Assembly (NCBI GenBank): GCA_043771035.1
Contig: JAYVHQ010000017.1
Span: 1 to 43,482, forward strand
Length of the DNA: 43,482 nucleotides
Origin: Candidatus Kaiserbacteria bacterium
GTDB lineage: Bacteria; Patescibacteriota; Minisyncoccia; Phycocordibacterales; UBA918
Reading direction: 5' to 3'
Shown: positions 32,201 to 41,200 of the stretch, piece after piece
Position numbering within the stretch: position 1 is the first letter of the stretch
How the letters are laid out: each line of letters starts with the position of its first letter
Program-made: the position numbers and the translations under genes
Notes under the pieces: generated by a model
The model's input: only the letters and a program-made list of their open reading frames with translations
Databases searched by the model: none
Told to the model about the DNA's origin: nothing

Positions 32201-35200
32201 GAAGTGGGCTGGGCTAATGGTTAGCCTGCCGAGTATAGTAGTGGTAGCTACACTGGCCCTGGTTGTTGTACCAGCAACTAATCCACTACCAAGAACGAGA
32301 TTATTAAATGTCCAAGCCCGAGTACCACCAAGGGTATTGGTGCGATTGATAGTCGTAGTTCCACTACCAAATGAGAGAGTTCCTTCGCCTGAGAGCGAGC
32401 CGTTAGTGAGCGTCACATTGCTTGTACCGGTGACAGTTCCGGTCGCCACATCCATATTGCCATTTACAATCAGTGGCGCGGTAATATTCCACCCACCACC
32501 TACACCTGTAAATTGCACAGCATTAAAGGTAACGGTATTCGGACTCGTAATACTTTTGCCAGTCGTTGAGGCATTAAAGATAAAGGTCGATGACGCTGAG
32601 GTGAGGACTGATGTGGTAGCAAGCAACAGTCTTCCAGCTAAAGTATGGGTCTCGGTACCAGAGGCGGTAAAGGTAGCAGCGGTACCCAATTGGAGAGTTC
32701 CTTCAATAGCTGATGTGCTGGCGTTACCATGAAGCGTGACATTTCCACCCGGCGCAAACGTAGTGGTCGCAAATACAAACAGGCTATTTGGAGCCAGCAC
32801 TCTGAGTGCAGTTACCCCCGTAGTAGTGGCAACAAACTGAATATCCGAATCATCATCATTATCAAATGACGTCATGTCAGCGATTGTGAGTGGAGCTATA
32901 TCCTGATGACGAGTGATTACCCGACCAGCATAGATATTCATGTTGGTAATATTGCCTGACGGAGTTTTCGTCACGACTGAACCGTTCACGCCACCATTGG
33001 TATTAAGGTACACAGTAATTTTTGGATCACCGATGTAATTTACACCCGCAAGAGTGTAAGTGCCGGTGCCAGCAGCGCAAGTAGTGGACGCCGTAAACGT
33101 ACCATTATTTACTACCACACGCACATTTGGTGTAGTGCCGTCGCAAGTTGGTGACGAGAGCGGTGTTATTCCATCATCAGCATATACCACACCGGAAATC
33201 GTAATTGAGTTGGAACTATCATCCCACCGGACTGAACCAGGATTAGCGTCACCTCCATCGTAGGCTTCACCATACAAGTTTCCTGTACCAAGTCGGAACC
33301 AGACAAATGATGAGGTAGTACCAGTTAAGGTGACGTTAGTACCCCCACCTACTGATGAAGTAGCAAATCCAATACCAAAATATTGGGCTGATGGGTTCTG
33401 GGCTACGGTAGTGCTACTGATAGTAATACCAGTATGGCCAGGTACAACGTTGAAGAATCCGTCTTGGAATATTGCTAATGTCGTTGAAGCATTAAGCCTA
33501 AGACCACTAGCGTCGATACCAGTCACGGTAAAGTTTTGTGCAGTAATGGTAGAGGTAGTAGCACTCAGGGTAAAGGTACCCGAGATAGCATCAATGGTAG
33601 TTGAAGCACTTGCTCCACCAACCAGATTGAGTGAGGCGCTGGTAAGGCCAACTTTAGAACTAGAAGCTATACGCACGTCCACTTGTCTACTTGTAGTGCC
33701 CGTGAGAGCAGCCCCATCAAAGTCAGTTGCAAAACTCCAATACTCAGTACCCGTGGTCCTAACATAATCGCCGTAAATATTTAAATCACCGTCAACTGCA
33801 GCATGATCAGCTGAGTAAATTGATGAGGTGCTGGCGGTGCTGTAGGTCGTTGCTGTACTATTCCACATTGTCATATCAGTATCACCGTTTGTCAGAATAG
33901 TGGCGTAAGCGTCTCCACTATGTGATTTTAGATTGATAGCAGCGTCTACTCCCGATAGACTGAGAGTTGAACCAGTCCAGGTGGTACTCGAAGCGGTCGC
34001 GGCATTTGAAAACGTACCCAAAGCTGCAAGTGTCAGTCCGCTTTGTAAGGTAAATGCAGAAGCACTCGTGAGGTTTATGGCAACCGTGGCAGTGGCATTT
34101 TGCGTGACCGTAAAAATACCTGAAGCGCTATTAAATTCAAGCGTCGCAAAGGTTGAGCTACCGACAGCGATTGTCTCGGCTCCTCCAGTTGAGTTAAAAC
34201 GCACAGTACCATTATTTGCGCCGAAGCTGGCGACGTTAGTAAATGAACCAGCTACTCCCAGAACACCAGTTGGAAATGTAGCGTCTCCACCAAGTTCAGA
34301 CACGTAATTACCCAATATAGTTGTGTTAGTGTCAGTAAAGACTCGCACCGTTCTAGATTGCGCTGCGCCGACACTGTAGAAAGCAGTAGAACTTGACTGG
34401 TTATTTTCTTCGGTAGCAATCCAACCAAAGGTTCGCGCCACTGAAGCCAGCCTAAACTCATCAACTCGTCCATCATGGAAGCCACCTCCACCACCTGAAC
34501 CGGCGGCTCCAATTGCAAAACCAGTAATCACAGCCGGGTCGTCTGAGGCTGCCCCGGTAGTTATTTGCGCTCCATCAAGGTAAATACCCATAAACGCGCC
34601 CGCCCCGCCAGCTGACACCAGACCGACATGAGTCCATTTATCTCGATATGCCGTGTAGCCAGCAGTAATACGACCAGTAGCTCCACAACAATTTCCATAA
34701 TCCCAATAGAGGGTATTGTCACTGTATGGAGCGTGGGCAGCAAAACGATCGTCACCAGCGCCCGCATTAAAACCAAACATACTGGCTACTTTAACTTCAG
34801 AAACAGCTACGTTACTCCAAGCGGTGACAGTGACCGGCGTAGACGTCCACGAATACGTACCATTTGTTAGCGTGTCATTTACACCATCAAAATCAATACT
34901 GTTTCCAATGATACCCGCCACACTATTGCCCGCTCCCATACCACCGGCAGAAGTGAGGTTGCGACCATTAACGGTACTGTCTACAAGTACACTGGTTGGA
35001 TTAGTGCCTAGGTGATACACCGCCTCAAAGCCGTTAGTCCAAACATTGTTTCGACCAAAGGTTGACGTAGCGCTGTAAGCGCTCGCTGTCCCATTACCAT
35101 AATAAATATAGAACGTTGTGTTGGTACTTGAACTCACGGTCGGTGCTTTAAAGTGCAGCTCGCCCGTTTTAGCGACTGTATCAATAGCCACTAGTTCGTA

Positions 35201-38200
35201 TGGCACTTCAGTTAGACCATCACTCGTCGTAACTCTGATATCGGTACCACTCGCGTTAACTGAGCTAAAAAAAGTAGTCGGTAAGTTAGCGAGATTTACA
35301 TACACAGGGAAGTCAGTCACGGTGGTTGGTACCTGTGCACTATTTATCACTATTGGTTGTCTGGCAGACCAGCTATCGTTGTACCAAGAACTGGCGGCCA
35401 GCCCACGAATACGTAGGTTGTTAATAGCCGAACCATTCGCTCGTAAGCTGTTGGTGTTTTGCACAAGCAGCACTAGTTCACCACTATTGTGATTAAACGC
35501 CCCTGCACCTGTGACCGTGAAGTCACCACCGACGGTCAGTGTACTCGAAGCTAAAGTGACAGTACCACTTTGAATATTGAGATTACGAGTAGTTGTCGCT
35601 GCACTTTCGGCAAAGCTCCAGGCACCGCTACCGGCAAACACTAAATCATAGAAGGCATTGAGGAAGGCTGAGCCCTTTTGGATAATGGTTTTACCAGTAG
35701 CAGCACTCGTCATTCTCACTTCCCCATTGTTGTGCAGGAACGTACCGCCAACATTTGCAAAGTTACCACCAATAGTAGTTGTGCCGGTTGGTAGTGTGAC
35801 CGTCCCCATGGCGATAGTGAAGTTGTTATTTACAGCCAACGTTGCTGTTGTGAATGACCAATTCGCGCCAATACCACTAAAGGTGACGTTGTTGAAAGCT
35901 GAAGTACCACGGGCGATAGTGCCCGTACTGGTACCTACAAATGTCACCGTGCCTGACTGGGGGATAAACGAGTTGTTATTTGTCCAAGTTTTGTAGACAT
36001 TAATATTAAATCCAGAACCAGAAGCATTGAGGGTATCATCCGCACCAATTGTGACCGACTCGGCAGCCACATTACCACCGAGAGTAATGGTTTTGGCCGC
36101 ACCGTCAATGACAGCAAACCCAATGTTTGTAGAGGAGGCAGAGTTGTCAGTCCAAATATGAGTTCCTGATCCATCAAACGTGGTTGTACCTAGACCAGTG
36201 AGGAAACCGCCTGTACCGATGCGCAGGTTTTGCTCCAAATTAATAGTTGTTGTTCCCCGCGCAAACGTTCCAAAGTCTACAACCAGCGTACCAGTAATAT
36301 CAAGAGGCTTGTTAGCTGACCAGGTGGCACTGCCAGCAGTCTCGCCAAAAGTGACATTATGGAAAAACGTGCTTGTAGCTGAAGAAGTAGAGGTTATCGT
36401 CTCGCTCGAGGTTGTCGCTGAAAATATCACCGTCGATAGTGAAGGGATAAAGGTGCCAGTATTTAACCACGAACCACTTACCCTGACCGTGTTTGTTTCA
36501 GGTAAAAAACGTCCTTGATTCACGATATCGTGCACACTAATATTTGCCCCTGGCATATAGACCGCGGTAGTTTTAATTTTGAGTTTTGCGTCAGCACAAG
36601 CGGCTTCAACGCAGAGTGCCAAAGTTGAGCTACCGCTGACAGTAAAGAAGACATCCTCATCATCGCTACTATCAAATGCTCCAAACAAAGCATTTGATGA
36701 GGTCGCATTATCTGTCGAGCCAAACGTCAGGTGACGTTTATTTAATTCCATCTGAGTCACATCACCCACCCCATCATAGGTCGTGACACCAACTGCCTCA
36801 TCACTATCATTTACACCATCGATAAAAACGGTGATGGCATCACCTACAAATGCCGTCACATTAGGAATCGTCCAGGTGCCAGCTCCACTAATAACTGCTG
36901 TCTTGCCTGATTGCAAAATTCCATTTACCGCCACCGCTACTGTACCGGTAGCTACGGTAGTCGAAGCGTCGTATTCATAGGCAGTACCTGACACGTTAAT
37001 ACCTTGCGACCATTCCAGTGACCAGTCCTGCACAGTTGGACAAGTACCACTATTACAAAGAAGCTCAGCCTCAAGTTTAAGGACGGAGTAAACTGTTCGA
37101 TCAAGTGCCGCAATACTGACAGGACTACTCGTAAAGCCGGTGGAATTACCCGCCAGAGCTACGTCAGGCACCAAGACAAATACGCCCGGCGTTGTTTGAT
37201 AATACAATCGATAGCGCACATCACTAGCTGCTGGTGTAGAATCGTTCCAAGAAATTCGCTCCCAGCGGGGACCTGAACCATCAGCAAAATCAATTGGCGT
37301 TGAACGAATCGTACCATTAGTGAAGTTGGGATAAATTTGAGCAGCTGCTGTAATTGATCCATTGTAAGGCTGGGCAGTAATTGACGGGCTAGTACTAAAG
37401 TTAAACAGAGTTGACCAGGCATTGCCGTTCCATTGACTAGTACTGTACCGATCAGGAGCTGAACCATCATCAAAAGCAAACGTGTGTATAGTGCCGTCTC
37501 CACCACGAACAGTTTGCAAACTCCAACTGTCATTAACAGTATCAAGACTAAATTCTCCAGAGAAGGTACCGGTGGCAGTGGTGTACTGCTGATAGCGAGC
37601 GACTATTGTATCTGAATACGGAATAATCACGTCACCATCTACCCCTTTTAGAGTCTGGTACTCACAATCAACTGGCTGGCCTAATTTACTATTTCCGTCG
37701 ATAGTCATTAGTGTACTCGCACTCCAAGCACTACCGTTCCAGGTCTTGACACCAATATCAATTACGTCATCAATGTAGCAGAATATGAGATTGTCGGTTC
37801 CAACATCACGCTTTAATGAACCCCATTCAAAGTCATTTGAAATAGCTGAAGATGTTGGAGTAGTCCAACTCGAACCGTTCCACGAAGAAAAGATGAAGCT
37901 GGCTAGAGTATCGTTTGAAACTACCGCCAACGCTTGTCCGCCAGAGGCTTCATAGTTTAGAGCGATTCCTTCATTGCTATTTTCGTTAATGTTACCAAAA
38001 GTGAGTGAATTACTGAAGCTTGAACCATTCCACACTAGCGCTTCGTAGTCCGTAGCGCCAGTATTAGTATGACGAAACACGGCAATAATTTCATCTGATA
38101 CAGGATCAGCTGCCAGCTCAACCCACTCACAGTTATTGACGTTGCTAAGTGGAAGCGAAGTTGACGCAGACCAAACGGTACCATTCCAGATGCTGAACCG

Positions 38201-41200
38201 GGCTTCTGTACCCTCACACGCTACGGCAAGCAAATCACCTGAAGTAGTCTCGTACTCAATATCAAACCGGCGTTTGATAGCGTCTGTCGCTTCTGTATAA
38301 ATTTCATACATGTTGTTCCATGACTCAGACACACCATCATAAATTTGAATGTTGATATCAAGATCTGTCCCCAAGGTCGCCAGCGCATACTCAGGTCTCG
38401 TAGGCGAAGCATCTAGTCTAGTCCAGCGTATTTGCGCTCCTACAGTATCAGCAGAAGCAGCATTGTTCCAACTAGTACCATTCCACAAACGAAATTGTGG
38501 CGCCTGTCCTGTTCCCTCACCGTAAGCTGCCATCACCCCACTGACTACCGAAGTAATTTGCGCTCCGCCGAGAGTTGTTTCAATATCCTGATTAGTGTTA
38601 GTTAAAAACTGTTCACCCGTTGTCTGATGCCAAACGGAAACTAAAATACTAGTATCGACCGTAATACTTTCTGGTTGAGAATATTGTGACCAAGCGTTTG
38701 TTCCGAGCGGATCACGGGCCCGAACACGCCACCAGTAGGTACTACCGTTTGTCAGCGATGAGTTTAAAGTGTAACGTACGACATTACCAGAAACAAACGG
38801 TGTGATATCCGAACTAGAGGCTGTGTTTACAAATCCAGCATTGCTACCAGAATTGAATGTCGACGATGACACAAAGTCAGCCGTGCTTGAATATTGAAAT
38901 TCATATTCCAAACTATCACTCTGTGGGTCAGTGGTTGAAAATGTAAAAGCTGGTGTGGTCGTTGCCACTTTAGCGTTATCAAAAGGCGTTACATGAATCG
39001 GTATCTCAATAGTTTGACCCCAAATCAATGTCATCGACAAGAGACGTGGTAAGGTCGGTGTCCCAGAGAATACTGAGGTGATTCGCAACTCGTTATAAAG
39101 AGTTGTATCAAGCGTGCCAAGAGCAACTGGTGAAGCAGTTAGACCAGTACTGTTTCCAGCAATTAAACTATCTGGCACTAAAGCAAAGTTCTCACCACTA
39201 ACCCGATATTCCACATAATGTCGAATAGTTCCTGAAGTGACATTTTGCGCAAACGACAACTCACCCCAGGCGTTTCCAACATCTCGGTCATCGTAATCAA
39301 TAACTGTAGTGGTAGTTGTACCAGCGGTAAACCCGGTGTTAATTCCTACATCATTGGAGCTGGTACCAGCCGTTACATCGAGTAGGTTCCCCGTTGTGAA
39401 TTGCTCACCCGTTGTCTGGAACCAGGTAGTAATCAAAGTACCAGAAGCTATCGTAAAGCTACTAGGGACTGACCAATCACTATATGTACCAGAGCCGTTA
39501 TCATCTTTTGCCCGCACTCGCCACCAATACGTATTTCCCGTTGTCAGAGCGCTACTCGGAATAAACCGGATAGTTTGTCCAGTAGTATAGAGACCACGCT
39601 CAGACGGTGACGCTAAGTTAGTAAAGAGCGCAAAGTTTGCATTTGACTCATTTGTTAAGTCAGGTGAACCAAAAGCGTAATCCGTGTCAACCATGATTTC
39701 ATAAGACACTTCATCACTCACTTCATCTTGGGCTGCAAATTCAAACCAGGGTGTCGTTGAAGAAAATTGTTCGTTGTCAAAGGGGGCTGACAATACAGGG
39801 ACCAGTGGTGGTGAATTAGTAATTAAACGAGGAAATTGCTGGTAGTCACTTAACGTTGAACCATCGGTGTATACCATGCGGAAGCAGTAATTAGTATTTG
39901 GCAAAGCAGCATTATTTTGAATAGTAAAATCCCATTCAGCTGCATTGCCGACCGGCAGTGCTTTGCGGTTACTATTTGTAGGATTACCTTCTTCATAGGT
40001 TTCTGCATTATCTGAACCAGTAAGTACCGTGCTAGGTAAGGCTGCCCCATCACCAACAAACTCTTCCGCCGACAATGCATAGAAACCAGTTGGATTAGAC
40101 TGATTGGTCCGTTCAGTTGAAATGAACCCCGCCGCCCGAGCCACTGACGCAATTCTGAATTCGTCAATTCGCCCCCGATGGAAAGCACCACCAGCTGGAT
40201 CGGTACTACCGATGGCTAAACCTGTTAATGTTGGAGGATTATCTGAGTTAGTGATACTCGTAATAAGGGCGCCATCGAGATAAATACCCATAAAAGCTCC
40301 AGCTCCTCCAGCTGACACTAATCCAATATGCGTCCACTTATCACGGTAGGCGGTATAGTTGGCACTAATACGACCAGGTACCGCACAACAGGTACCGTAA
40401 TCCCAATAAATTGTGTTATCGCTCCACGGCGCATGAGTCGCCAGACGCTCAGATCCTGCAGCCGTAAATCCAAACAAGTTAGAATTCTGTACTTCGCTAG
40501 TATTTACTCTAGACCACGCGGTCACAGTGACGGGTGCCGAGCTCCAGGCAAAGGCTGCGTTAGTAAAGCGATCATTTACTCCATCAAAAGTAACACCTTT
40601 ACCGACTGGACTGCTGGTACTATTACCAGCCGTCATTCCGCCGACTGATGTCAAATTTCGCCCATTAACGGTGCTATCAGTCATGGTGGCACTTGGATCA
40701 GTACCTAAGTGATACACCGCTTGATAGCCGTTGGTCCAAACATTATTTCGACCGTAGGTAGCAGTCGGGCCGTAGCCACTCGCGCCCGAGTTACCATAGT
40801 AGATAAAGAAATCTGTGTCAGTAGTAGAAGCGAGCGTCGCTTTAAAATGAAGCTCACCGATTTTAGCTATCGTATCAATTGATACAAGTTCAAATGGAAC
40901 TTCAGTTAACCCATTGCTAGTAGTAATTCTAATATCGTCACCATCAGACTGGACACTAGCAAAGAAACTGTCAGGTAAATCGTCGAGGTTAACGTACACA
41001 GGGAAATCGGTTTGGGCACCATTAACCAGCGTACCTTTGATAGTAATTTTTGATCGACGTAACCAGGAAGCACTCAACCAATCTGCTCCCACAATTGCGT
41101 TTGCGTAGCCTCGCCACAAGGCGGTAGAGCTACCGACTGCCCCAATATCAGTCCACTCTGTAATGGCACTACAAGAGAGACCGTCGGCGTACTGAAGTTT

